From Thermodesulfovibrionia bacterium (GTDB lineage: Bacteria > Nitrospirota > Thermodesulfovibrionia > UBA6902 > BMS3Bbin08), in contig JAUXYI010000034.1 of the NCBI GenBank assembly GCA_030694425.1, positions 31,298 through 95,297 of the forward strand: a stretch of 64,000 bases of DNA, read 5' to 3'. Below, piece by piece: positions 18,495 to 28,042 of this stretch (positions are counted from its first letter, which is position 1; each line of letters opens with the position of its first letter). The notes under the pieces were generated by a model. That model did no database searches, was not told where the DNA came from, and saw only the letters and a program-made list of their open reading frames with translations. A program made the position numbers and the translations under genes.

Positions 18495-18581
18495 AACCTG
18501 TCAGTAATAGCCCTCCATAATTGACTTCTCAGATATGCTATAATCTGCAACAGTACATTTATCTAAAACCTGAATCTATGG

Positions 18582-19466
18582 TTGCCCGGTAATAAAAGGG
18601 GATGCTTGAAACTCATCTGGAACAACTTTAGCTTCGATTTTTCTTTAAAGACTTATATCATGGGGATACTTAATGTCACCCCTGATTCTTTTTCTGACGG
18701 AGGGCTGTATTGTGATAAAAATAAAGCCATTGCTCACGCTCTCAGAATGCAGGATGAAGGCGCTGACATGATAGATATAGGCGGAGAATCAACAAGACCC
18801 GGTGCAGAGACGGTTTCTATTAATGAGGAAATAAAACGCGTAGCGCCTGTAATCAAGGAGCTTGCAAAAAGAATAAAAATCCCTGTATCAATTGATACAT
18901 ATAAATCAGCGGTTGCAGAAGCTGCACTTTCGGCAGGCGCTTCTATTGTAAATGATATAAGCGGTCTCAGATTTGACCCCAGGATGGCCTCAGTTGTAGC
19001 CCGTAATAAAGTACCTGTTGTAATAATGCATATTAAAGGCACTCCAAAAAACATGCAGAAAAATCCCATCTATACCGCCCTTATTCCGGAAATAATGGAT
19101 TATTTAAGAGAAGGAATTGAAATTGCCCGAAACGCGGGAATTGCTGATGATAGGATAATAATAGATCCTGGTCTTGGTTTTGGAAAAACCATCGAGCATA
19201 ATCTTGAAATCATAAAACGATTGCATGAGTTTACAGGGTTTGAAAAACCAATACTTTTGGGACCCTCAAGGAAGTCTTTTATTAGCAAAATGCTTGGCGA
19301 CCTGCCGATTACAGAAAGACTTGAAGGAACAACCTCAGCAGTTGCAATAGGGATATTCAACGGAGCAAACATTATAAGGGTACACGATGTAAAGGCTATG
19401 GTTAGAGTAGCTAAGATCGCAGATGGAATAAAAAGGGGAAATGAAAACCTCGCCCAAGTCTTCTAA
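18582..19466 (+). CDS. folP: dihydropteroate synthase
   Basis: MGILNVTPDSFSDGG signature and DIGGESTRPG. The ORF track uses a TTG start at 18582; the exact start is uncertain. Confidence 0.9.
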   Translation: MPGNKRGCLKLIWNNFSFDFSLKTYIMGILNVTPDSFSDGGLYCDKNKAIAHALRMQDEGADMIDIGGESTRPGAETVSINEEIKRVAPVIKELAKRIKIPVSIDTYKSAVAEAALSAGASIVNDISGLRFDPRMASVVARNKVPVVIMHIKGTPKNMQKNPIYTALIPEIMDYLREGIEIARNAGIADDRIIIDPGLGFGKTIEHNLEIIKRLHEFTGFEKPILLGPSRKSFISKMLGDLPITERLEGTTSAVAIGIFNGANIIRVHDVKAMVRVAKIADGIKRGNENLAQVF

Positions 19467-19837
19467 AGGGTTTTATTAGAGTGTCTTTTTTTAAGTGCTC
19501 TATCTATGATATCAAGAAGTTCGTCCTTATCAAAGGGTTTTATAAGGCAACCAAATACCCCAGATTTTAAGGCTTTTTGGGTTGTTTCGTGGGTCGCATA
19601 AGCAGTCAGCAGTATAATTTCCGTCTCCGGATGTTTTCTCTTGATTTCCTTGAGAGCTGTTATGCCGTCTATTTTTGGCATTCTTATATCAAGTAATACC
19701 AGATCAACCGGATTCTCAGCCATATATTTGAAAGCTTCTGTTGCTTCTGCAGCCATGGCAATAGCATACTTATCCTTCAGAATCATCCTTATGGATTCTC
19801 GTGGCGCCACTTGATCATCAATTATGAGAATTTTCAT
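19463..19837 (-). CDS. single-domain response regulator (receiver only), paralogue 1
   Basis: IIDDQ, LLDIRMPKIDGI, LLTAY and IKPF form the receiver pattern. There is no output domain. Confidence 0.85.
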   Translation of the reverse strand: MKILIIDDQVAPRESIRMILKDKYAIAMAAEATEAFKYMAENPVDLVLLDIRMPKIDGITALKEIKRKHPETEIILLTAYATHETTQKALKSGVFGCLIKPFDKDELLDIIDRALKKRHSNKTL

Positions 19838-19885
19838 TTTTTTTGCATTGTAATAAATAAATTGCTGATCTACAGCACGCTCTTT

Positions 19886-19958
19886 TTATAACATTGTGTA
19901 ATATTTTATGTCAAGAAAAATTACACAATGAAATTGTAAGTAGCAAGAGGGTGTTATA
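19886..19958. promoter_or_regulatory. divergent promoter/operator region of XRE-REC pair 1
   Basis: On the minus strand: CTTGACA, a 17-nt spacer, then TTATAA. Inverted repeats cattgtgtaat/attacacaatg (19892, 19920) and tataaca/tgttata (19887, 19952). Homologous to 59842-59915. Confidence 0.4.
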
Positions 19959-19968
19959 AGATTTCTTT

Positions 19969-20355
19969 ATGAAAAGAAAAAATATTGTTGGTGAAAACCT
20001 TAGGGAAATAAGGATAAGTATGAAGCTTACGCAGGAGGAAGCAGCCCTAAGAAGTGGATTATCACAGGGTTACATCAATCAGCTTGAAAGCGGTAAAAGA
20101 ATGTTTACCCAAAAGTCCCTTGAACAGATAGCAGAGGCGCTGAATATGCCGATTATTAATTTCTTTTATAAAAAAGAGAAGGAAAAAGCTGTCGGTGTTT
20201 GTGAAGAGGTATCAGAATATAAAATTGAATATAAAAGAAAAAAGAAGTCACCCTCCAAAAAGGAAATACTTGCGCTCCTGCATGACCTTCCTCCCCAGCT
20301 TAGAGAGCATTATCTTACTCTCTTAAAGCTCGAGAAAGAACTATGGGGGAAATAG
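19969..20355 (+). CDS. XRE-family HTH transcriptional regulator, paralogue 1
   Basis: HTH_3-like LTQEEAALRSGLSQGYINQLESGKR. The C-terminal LPPQLREHYLTLLKLEKELW is shared with 59457-59831. Confidence 0.85.
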   Translation: MKRKNIVGENLREIRISMKLTQEEAALRSGLSQGYINQLESGKRMFTQKSLEQIAEALNMPIINFFYKKEKEKAVGVCEEVSEYKIEYKRKKKSPSKKEILALLHDLPPQLREHYLTLLKLEKELWGK

Positions 20356-20513
20356 CCTAAATTAATAACCAGAAACTTATATTTTCATTTTCCATCCTGA
20401 GAGGTTATGGGAATGGGAGATTGCTACAGACTCTTTCAATAACTTTCATATCATGTTAAAATATAAATTGAAATCTTTTTATCACATTAAATTGACTATG
20501 GCAAGAGGGTTAC

Positions 20514-21389
20514 ATGTTTAAAAAAATTAAAAAAGCTGTAATACCTGCGGCAGGGTTGGGAACGAGGTTTTTGCCTGCGACAAAAGCATCTCCCAAAGAG
20601 ATGCTGCCCATTGTTGACAAGCCGATGATTCAGTATGCAGTTGAAGAGGCAGAGAAATGCGGAATTAAGGAATTTATAATGATTACCGGAAAATCAAAAA
20701 GGGCAATTGAAGACCACTTTGATTCTGCATGGGAGCTTGAGGAAAATCTCAAATCAAAAGGGAAGGAATCCATGCTCGCTGGAATTCAGCACCTGCTGCA
20801 TCTTCAATTTGCTTTTATAAGGCAAAAGACGCCGCTTGGACTCGGGCATGCAATTCTCTGCTCAAAACCTTTTGTGAATGATGAACCTTTTGCTGTATTG
20901 CTTAGTGATGATATTATAGATCCTGACAGTAATCTTCTTGGGAAAATGATGCAATTTTACAATGAACATCAGGCAATAGTCCTTGCCCTCCAGAAAGTTC
21001 CTAAAACAGAGATTCACCGTTATGGAGTTATAGCAGGCCGTGAGATAAAGAAAAATTTTTATGAGATAACTGACATGGTAGAAAAACCGAAACCATCCTC
21101 TGCCCCGTCTGATATTGCAATTATAGGCAGATATATACTTACGCCGGATATCTTTCACTTCATCGAGGCAACTTCTCCTGGGAAAGGCGGAGAAATTCAG
21201 CTTACAGACGCATTAAAAGCTATTTTAAAGAAAGGCTCCATTTATGGTTATCTTTTTGAGGGCAAACGATATGATGCCGGGGATAAGCTTGGGTATCTTA
21301 AGGCCACAGTGGAACTTGCCTTAAAACACCCTGTTGTTAAAGATGAATTTAAAGAATACTTATTAAATAAAATTTCAAATCTCAAATAA
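20514..21389 (+). CDS. galU: UTP--glucose-1-phosphate uridylyltransferase
   Basis: [26 protein letters not shown] signature. Confidence 0.9.
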   Translation: MFKKIKKAVIPAAGLGTRFLPATKASPKEMLPIVDKPMIQYAVEEAEKCGIKEFIMITGKSKRAIEDHFDSAWELEENLKSKGKESMLAGIQHLLHLQFAFIRQKTPLGLGHAILCSKPFVNDEPFAVLLSDDIIDPDSNLLGKMMQFYNEHQAIVLALQKVPKTEIHRYGVIAGREIKKNFYEITDMVEKPKPSSAPSDIAIIGRYILTPDIFHFIEATSPGKGGEIQLTDALKAILKKGSIYGYLFEGKRYDAGDKLGYLKATVELALKHPVVKDEFKEYLLNKISNLK

Positions 21390-21397
21390 GGAGAATA

Positions 21398-23764
21398 ATG
21401 GCTAATATAGACACAAAAGAAGAACGCGAAGTTGAAATCCCGACGTCACTGCCGATTTTGCCTGTCAGGGATATAGTCATCTTCCCTTATATGATTCTTC
21501 CATTGTTTGTTGGGAGGGAAGTATCAATAAAGGCTATTGAACATGCCCTTGCAAGCAATAAAATGGTATTGCTTATCACTCAGAAAGATGTAAATGTTGA
21601 AACTCCCGTAACTGATGACCTTTACACTATGGGCACAGCAGGTGCAATACTGAGGACGCTAAAACTTCCTGATGGAAGACTTAAAATCCTTGTCCAGGGA
21701 CTTGCAAAGGCAAAGATTCTCAAATTCACCCAGACAGACCCATTTTATATAGGAGAAATTGAAAAGGTCGTTGATGAAAAACTTCCGGAATTAACTATTG
21801 AAATTGAAGCCCTTATGCGCAGTATAAAAGAACAGATGGATAAATCTGTATCACTTGGTAAATCACTCCTGCCAGATGTAATGGTTCTTATAGAAAATAT
21901 TGATGACCCTGGGAAGCTCGCTGATTTAGTGGCATCAAATCTTTCATTAAAAGCAGAACAGGCACAGGAAATATTAGAAATTACAGACCCGGGTGTGCGG
22001 CTTAAAAAAATAAGTGAAATCCTTAACAGGGAAGTTGAACTGCTTATTGTGCAACAGAAGATACAATCAGACGCCAAAGGCGAGATAGATAAAACTCAGA
22101 GAGAGTATTTTCTCAGAGAACAACTAAAGGCAATCCAGAAAGAGCTTGGAGAAATAGACGATAGGACAGAGGAATCCCATGAGCTAAAGAAAAAAATAGA
22201 AGATGCAAAAATGCCGGAAAAGGTGGAAAAAGAGGCAATGAAACAACTCAAGCGTCTTGAAAAAATGCATCCTGACAGCGCTGAAGCCGGCACCATAAGG
22301 ACTTATATTGATTGGTTGAGTGAGCTGCCGTGGTCAAAAAGCACGAAGGACAATATTAATCTGAAAGCCGCAAAAAAAGTCCTTGACGAAGACCATTATG
22401 ACCTTGAGCGTGTAAAAGAAAGAATACTTGAATACTTAGGGGTCAGAAAACTAAAAGAGAAAATGAAAGGGCCTATCCTATGCTTTGTTGGTCCGCCCGG
22501 GGTTGGAAAGACATCACTCGGGAAATCTATTGCGAGGGCGCTTGGAAGGGAATTCTTCAGAATGTCTCTTGGCGGCATGAGAGACGAAGCTGAAATAAGA
22601 GGACACAGAAGGACGTATGTAGGCGCTATGCCCGGCAGGATTATTCAGGGCATTAAGACAGCAGGTAAAAATAATCCTGTTTTTATGCTCGATGAGGTAG
22701 ACAAAATGGGCATGGACTTCAGAGGTGACCCCGCTTCTGCATTATTGGAGGTTTTAGATCCCGAGCAGAATTTTGCCTTTGCAGACCACTACCTGGGCGT
22801 TCCTTTTGACTTAAGTAAAGTAATGTTCATAACAACGGCAAATCTCATAGACCCTATTCCTACTCCTTTAAGAGACAGGATGGAGACAATTTATCTTTCC
22901 GGATATACGGCAGAAGAAAAACTCGGAATAGCGAGAAAATTTTTAATTCCTAAACAATTAAATGAACATGGTATTACAGGGAAAATATTAAAAATTAATG
23001 ACAGCGCAATTTTACAGATAATTTCCCATTATACAAGAGAAGCAGGGGTCAGGAACCTTGAGCGTGAGATAGCAAACCTTTGTCGTAAGGTCGCAAGAAA
23101 GATTGCCGAAGGAAAAGATAAGGCATACCGTATTTTAGCAGGTAATCTCTCAAAATATCTCGGGGTTCCCAAGTTTCTTCCTGAGGAAGAAATAGAAAAA
23201 GACGAGATTGGAGTTGCAACCGGTCTTGCGTGGACAGAAGCGGGAGGAGATATAATTTACATAGAAGCAACAATAATGAAGGGCAAAGGCCATCTAACGC
23301 TTACAGGACATCTTGGGGATGTGATGAAAGAGTCAGCGCATGCAGCCCTGAGTTATATACGTTCAAAGGCTAAAACCCTTGGAATAAATAACGATATGTT
23401 TTCCAAAAATGATATTCATATCCATGTGCCTGCAGGCGCTACTCCAAAAGATGGGCCTTCTGCAGGAATAACCATGGCTACTGCCCTTGCCTCTGCTTTT
23501 ACCAGCAAACCTGTGAAGAAGAGCATTGCGATGACGGGTGAGGTAACGCTCAGGGGAAGGGTGCTTCCAATAGGCGGATTAAAAGAAAAAGCCCTTGCAG
23601 CAAAAAGAATGGGCATTAATAAAATAATTATACCCAAAAGGAATAAAAAGGATATTGAAGACATACCCAAATATATTAAAAAAGATATGGAATTTATATT
23701 TGCGGAGACCATGGATGATGTATTAAAAAATGCCCTTAAAAAAAACTCTAAAAAGAAGGTTTAA
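21398..23764 (+). CDS. lon: ATP-dependent protease Lon
   Basis: LON N-domain, Walker A GPPGVGKT, catalytic PKDGPSAGI. Confidence 0.95.
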   Translation: MANIDTKEEREVEIPTSLPILPVRDIVIFPYMILPLFVGREVSIKAIEHALASNKMVLLITQKDVNVETPVTDDLYTMGTAGAILRTLKLPDGRLKILVQGLAKAKILKFTQTDPFYIGEIEKVVDEKLPELTIEIEALMRSIKEQMDKSVSLGKSLLPDVMVLIENIDDPGKLADLVASNLSLKAEQAQEILEITDPGVRLKKISEILNREVELLIVQQKIQSDAKGEIDKTQREYFLREQLKAIQKELGEIDDRTEESHELKKKIEDAKMPEKVEKEAMKQLKRLEKMHPDSAEAGTIRTYIDWLSELPWSKSTKDNINLKAAKKVLDEDHYDLERVKERILEYLGVRKLKEKMKGPILCFVGPPGVGKTSLGKSIARALGREFFRMSLGGMRDEAEIRGHRRTYVGAMPGRIIQGIKTAGKNNPVFMLDEVDKMGMDFRGDPASALLEVLDPEQNFAFADHYLGVPFDLSKVMFITTANLIDPIPTPLRDRMETIYLSGYTAEEKLGIARKFLIPKQLNEHGITGKILKINDSAILQIISHYTREAGVRNLEREIANLCRKVARKIAEGKDKAYRILAGNLSKYLGVPKFLPEEEIEKDEIGVATGLAWTEAGGDIIYIEATIMKGKGHLTLTGHLGDVMKESAHAALSYIRSKAKTLGINNDMFSKNDIHIHVPAGATPKDGPSAGITMATALASAFTSKPVKKSIAMTGEVTLRGRVLPIGGLKEKALAAKRMGINKIIIPKRNKKDIEDIPKYIKKDMEFIFAETMDDVLKNALKKNSKKKV

Positions 23765-23837
23765 AACCGTTTTTGAATTTTCTGACTCTATCCATTTGTT
23801 ATAGTCTTATCTTAATCTATTACAATTTTTCCCAAAA

Positions 23838-24953
23838 ATGACTAAAAAGCATGTGCTGAATAAAAAACCCCTCCTTTCGGATTTAGGCGAGTTTGGTCTT
23901 ATAAAGACTCTCCAAACACAGTGTATAGAAACCTCTCCGGAAATTCTAAAAGGTATTGGTGATGATGCAGCAGCGGTAAAAATCAGAGCTGACAAAACCC
24001 TCATCACAACAGACATGCTTCTTGAAGGGATACATTTTGACCTCTCATTTACAACGTTTTATCAACTCGGGTATAAGACTCTGGCGGTAAACATAAGTGA
24101 TATTTTTGCCATGGGCGGAAAGCCTAAATATTTCCTCCTAAGCATTGGCATTCCCAAAAATTATCAGTCAAAAAATATCCATGAATTTTATTCAGGGATA
24201 AGGAAGATTGCCAAAAAATTTGGGATAGCAGTTGTTGGAGGAGACACCTGTGCATCAAGACACGGGCTTGTGATTAGCGGAACGCTTATTGGAGAAGCTG
24301 ATAATATAATAATGCGTTCAGGCGCCAGAGAAGGAGACAATATTTTTGTTACAGACACATTAGGTGATTCAGCAATGGGACTTATGCTTTTAAAAAAACT
24401 GAAAAGAAAAATACCCGTTGAAATGAATTATCCCATGGTCGTTCCTGCGAAAGCAGGAATCCAGAGAAAAGAGTCTGGATTCCGTCCCGACGCTTCGGGA
24501 CAGGGAATAGCAAATTTTAAAATTAATAATAAACAGCTTCCCCTCTGTAACGTCATGCCTCTTTTAAAAAGACATCTTATGCCCGAACCAGTCCCCTTAG
24601 AAGATACCCATGGCGTAACAGCAATGATAGACGTCAGCGATGGTCTCCTTATAGATTTAACTCATATATGCGATGAAAGCAAAGTGGGCGCAATGGTTTA
24701 TATAGATAAAATACCCATATCCGGAGAACTTGCAGAAGCAGCTAAAAAATTAAGCATGGACCCGGTTAAATTTGCATTAAAAGGCGGAGAAGATTATGTT
24801 TTACTTTTCACTGCTCCGCCGGGCATTAAAACAAATGCTGTTGAAATAGGTAAAATAATCGGGAAAGGGCGATTCCTTGTAGATATAAAAGGCAAAAAAA
24901 TTCCTTTCAAAGCAGAGGGATATGAACACTTTAAGACAGTGAACAGTCGTTAG
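23838..24953 (+). CDS. thiL: thiamine-monophosphate kinase carrying a repeat-derived in-frame insertion
   Basis: GIGDDAAAV, NISDIFAMGG and DVSDGL motifs. It is longer than usual because of the 24438-24533 insert. Confidence 0.85.
   Translation: MTKKHVLNKKPLLSDLGEFGLIKTLQTQCIETSPEILKGIGDDAAAVKIRADKTLITTDMLLEGIHFDLSFTTFYQLGYKTLAVNISDIFAMGGKPKYFLLSIGIPKNYQSKNIHEFYSGIRKIAKKFGIAVVGGDTCASRHGLVISGTLIGEADNIIMRSGAREGDNIFVTDTLGDSAMGLMLLKKLKRKIPVEMNYPMVVPAKAGIQRKESGFRPDASGQGIANFKINNKQLPLCNVMPLLKRHLMPEPVPLEDTHGVTAMIDVSDGLLIDLTHICDESKVGAMVYIDKIPISGELAEAAKKLSMDPVKFALKGGEDYVLLFTAPPGIKTNAVEIGKIIGKGRFLVDIKGKKIPFKAEGYEHFKTVNSR
24438..24533. mobile_element. family A/B/E-derived repeat inserted in frame in thiL
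   Basis: gtcgttcctgcgaaagcaggaatccag...ctggattcc-gtcccgacgcttcgggac...aaattttaaaatt. Translates as VVPAKAGIQRKESGFRPDASGQGIANFKINNK without a stop. Confidence 0.6.
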
Positions 24954-25157
24954 TGAATAGTATTTAATACAAACGCATTAAGTAAAGTGTCATTGCGAGG
25001 AGTGAAGCGACGAAGCAATCTCTGTATTTACAAGGGGATTGCCACGCTCCCGTTGGTCGCTCGCAATGACAATGTAACAACATTTATTGCGTTTGTATTA
25101 GTTAAGGAATAATAAGCTACTTACTATTCACTTTTCACTATTCACTATTCACTACAT
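24951..25157. repeat. nested palindromic composite element, including a family B core at 24989-25070
   Basis: Arms agtgaatagta/tactattcact, aatacaaacgc/gcgtttgtatt and gtcattgcgag/ctcgcaatgac, followed by ttcacta x3. Confidence 0.6.
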
Positions 25158-25640
25158 ATGGCATTCAGAGATAAATTTAGAGGGATATTTCAGGCAAAAG
25201 AAACACCGCATCGAATTGCGCTTGCCTTTGCACTCGGAGTGTTCATGGGAATATCCCCCTTACTTGGTCTTCACTATATTGGAGGATTCTTCTTTGCATG
25301 GATTTTTCGCCTGAATAAACTCGTTACTTTTATAGGGGTAAGTGTCAATAATCCCTGGACTATAGTGCCCATATCTTCTTTCTGTGTATGGGTGGGGAAA
25401 AAATTGATTGGCATAAAACAGGTTCTGCCGGAAGTTGATTGGAAGAGTGTGACACTTACCAATATCATCAGCAGATTCACTGATATAGATAATTTTATTT
25501 ATCTGATCAACAAGTTAATGCCCCTTTTAGCATCTTTTTTTGTCGGTTCTTTTGTTATTTGTACATTTGCTGCGATAGCGAGTTATTTTATTATTCAAAC
25601 TTTAGTAATTAGGTACCGGAGAACGCAGGATGGCGCATAA
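25158..25640 (+). CDS. DUF2062-like membrane protein
   Basis: TPHRIALAFALGVFMGISPLLGLH pattern and 3-4 TM segments. Confidence 0.65.
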   Translation: MAFRDKFRGIFQAKETPHRIALAFALGVFMGISPLLGLHYIGGFFFAWIFRLNKLVTFIGVSVNNPWTIVPISSFCVWVGKKLIGIKQVLPEVDWKSVTLTNIISRFTDIDNFIYLINKLMPLLASFFVGSFVICTFAAIASYFIIQTLVIRYRRTQDGA

Positions 25641-26466
25641 ACTTACCCGTCTTCATGTACTGCTTTTTATTCTGACCTTTATGACAACGCTGTTTGCCGG
25701 GGCCATGCTTGCAGGGGTGATACCATGGCAAAATCCAGAAAAAATCTATCTTGGATTGCCATTTTCCATAACGCTGCTCCTCATCCTCCTCACTCATGAG
25801 ATGTCACATTATTTCATGTCGCGGAAGCATCATGTGTCTGTAACGCTTCCGTATTTTATTCCTGCTCCGTCAATAATCGGTACATTTGGAGCAATTATAA
25901 AGATGCGGCCTCCTATACCTGACAGGCGCTCACTGATAGATATCGGGGCAGCAGGTCCGCTTGGCGGATTCATAGTTGCAGTTGTTGCCGTTATGATAGG
26001 GCTCACCTACTCTGACATTAAATCAGCAAAGGAAATACAGGAAGGACTCTCGCTTGGAAGTTCGATATTGTTCTATATACTCTCCAAGATAGTTTTAAAT
26101 GTTGACCCTGATAAATACGAGATAGTACTTCATCCCATTGCCTTTGCAGGATGGATTGGTTTTTTAGTAACATCGCTTAATCTATTGCCAATTGGTCAGC
26201 TTGACGGCGGTCATATTATTTATGCACTTTTAGGAGAGAAACATCAAAGGGTTTCAAAATGGATAATACCTATCCTAATTGTCCTTGGCATTTTATTCTG
26301 GAGCGGCTGGATAATCTGGGCATTTTTAATGTTAATACTTGGCTACAAACATCCGCCTGTCGTTTACCCAGAGATACCACTTGACGGAAAAAGAAAACTT
26401 ATAGGCTGGATTTGTTTTGTTATCTTTATCTTAACGTTTACAGCTGTGCCTATAAAGGGAGTATAA
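25630..26466 (+). CDS. site-2 protease family (M50) membrane metalloprotease
   Basis: HEMSHY (HExxH) inside a TM helix; a polytopic protein. Confidence 0.8.
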   Translation: MAHKLTRLHVLLFILTFMTTLFAGAMLAGVIPWQNPEKIYLGLPFSITLLLILLTHEMSHYFMSRKHHVSVTLPYFIPAPSIIGTFGAIIKMRPPIPDRRSLIDIGAAGPLGGFIVAVVAVMIGLTYSDIKSAKEIQEGLSLGSSILFYILSKIVLNVDPDKYEIVLHPIAFAGWIGFLVTSLNLLPIGQLDGGHIIYALLGEKHQRVSKWIIPILIVLGILFWSGWIIWAFLMLILGYKHPPVVYPEIPLDGKRKLIGWICFVIFILTFTAVPIKGV

Positions 26467-27951
26467 TTATCCGGCCCCTTCGTACTTTTTCATCCGCCAG
26501 TATTCGGCATTAAGAGTCTCTACTATATAATCTATTCTTCTGGTTCTTAATAGTTTTCCAAACGCATCTAAAAATACTTTTGGATGTTTAAACAGGATAC
26601 TGAAGAGTATGGAATAGAAACTTATGTTGCTTGAGCGCGTGAGGTAATTCCTTACAAAGAAGGCGTTTTGCAGATGTCTGCGAATATCCCTGAGTTCTTC
26701 TTTGCCAAAGGTTATTGCCATTAGAGGAAGTTCAGGCTGCCTGTGCGCCCATATCTCTGAAAATGGGATATTTGGGTCAAGCCATCCTTTTTTGATAGCC
26801 ATGTCGTATATATCTGTCCCTGGATAAGGAGTAAGGAAATAAAAGGCAGTATAATCAGCCTTAATATCCTTTGCCACTTGAAAGCTTTGCTCTATATCCT
26901 CCCGTGTTTCTTCAGGATTGCCGATTATAAACGTTGCCAGCGTCCTTATATCCAGTTCCTTACAAAGCTTGAATGATTGTTTAATCTGCTCTGTCCTATC
27001 GCCGTGTCCGCCTTTGCCCAGTACCTTGAGGATTTTCTCAGAGCCGCTTTCAACACCAAAATCAAGCTGGACAAGGCCTGAATCTTTCATCAATTGCATT
27101 AATTCTTTATCCGTCTGGTCAACCCTTGACTGGCCTGCCCATTTAATATCCAGATTTCTACGCTTTAGTTCCTCGCAATATTCCCTGACCCATTTAGGAC
27201 TAAGTGTAAATGTATCGTCACAGTAATATATGCCTTTTATGCCGTATGCCTTGAGCAGATGCTCTATCTCATCAACTACGTTTTTTACGGAGCGTCTTCT
27301 TGTCTGTCTTCCGAAGATATTATGGCTGCCGCAATATATGCATTTAAATGGACAGCCTCTGCTTGTTACAATGGTTGTCTGGTTCTTAGTTGCAAAACCC
27401 CTTATAATTCCCGGGGGCTTAAGATAGGGAGTCATATCAATTAGATGCCGCGCTGGGAAAGGTATGGAATCAAGGTCTTTTATCATTTCCCGCCTGCCGG
27501 TGTCTACTATTTCCCCATCCTCGCGGTACATGACGCCTTTTACGCCTGATAGGCTTTCGTTCTTTTCAAGCTTTTCGCATACCTCAATTATGGTGTTTTC
27601 ACCTTCGCCTACGACAATGAAATCAAGACCGAATTCATTCATAGTCTCTGTCGGCTTAACTGTTGTATGCACCCCGCCTGAACAATAGGTTGCATTTGGC
27701 AGTTCTTTCTTTAATTTCTTCGTGAGGTTAAATGCTCTCTGGTAACCTACTGTCAGAAAACTTAGACCTATCAAATCAGGATTAAATGCTTTTATTTCAT
27801 TAACAATGCTGTCATGAAATTCGGGATCCGCATCATAAATCTGAATCTTGTGCCCTGCCTTTTCTAAGACAGCAGCTATATACATTAGACCCAATGGAGG
27901 AACAACATTATTGCCGTCTAATACCTGAGAATTGACTAAAGTGACTCTCAT
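26467..27951 (-). CDS. B12-binding-domain radical SAM protein
   Basis: N-terminal B12-binding-like Rossmann segment (PPLGLMYIAAVLEKAGH...DLIGLSF), then RGCPFKCIYCGS (CX3CX2C). Confidence 0.85.
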   Translation of the reverse strand: MRVTLVNSQVLDGNNVVPPLGLMYIAAVLEKAGHKIQIYDADPEFHDSIVNEIKAFNPDLIGLSFLTVGYQRAFNLTKKLKKELPNATYCSGGVHTTVKPTETMNEFGLDFIVVGEGENTIIEVCEKLEKNESLSGVKGVMYREDGEIVDTGRREMIKDLDSIPFPARHLIDMTPYLKPPGIIRGFATKNQTTIVTSRGCPFKCIYCGSHNIFGRQTRRRSVKNVVDEIEHLLKAYGIKGIYYCDDTFTLSPKWVREYCEELKRRNLDIKWAGQSRVDQTDKELMQLMKDSGLVQLDFGVESGSEKILKVLGKGGHGDRTEQIKQSFKLCKELDIRTLATFIIGNPEETREDIEQSFQVAKDIKADYTAFYFLTPYPGTDIYDMAIKKGWLDPNIPFSEIWAHRQPELPLMAITFGKEELRDIRRHLQNAFFVRNYLTRSSNISFYSILFSILFKHPKVFLDAFGKLLRTRRIDYIVETLNAEYWRMKKYEGAG

Positions 27952-27974
27952 GTTTCTCCTCTCCTTTTATAAAA

Positions 27975-28042
27975 ATATCAAAATTTAAATATCAAAAATC
28001 ATCCCGACTATTTGGGATAAATTTTGCATTTTAAGTTTTAAT
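27975..28042. repeat. family E AT-rich repeat
   Basis: atatcaaaatttaaatatcaaaaatc...attttgcattttaagttttaat, lying between the two radical-SAM genes. Confidence 0.45.

Noticed and set aside
19944-20513. Recurring gcaagaggg(t) motif (19944, 20498, also 45140) considered as a regulatory box
   Set aside because: Two of the three copies are simply purine-rich RBS regions just upstream of start codons. Three short hits are insufficient.
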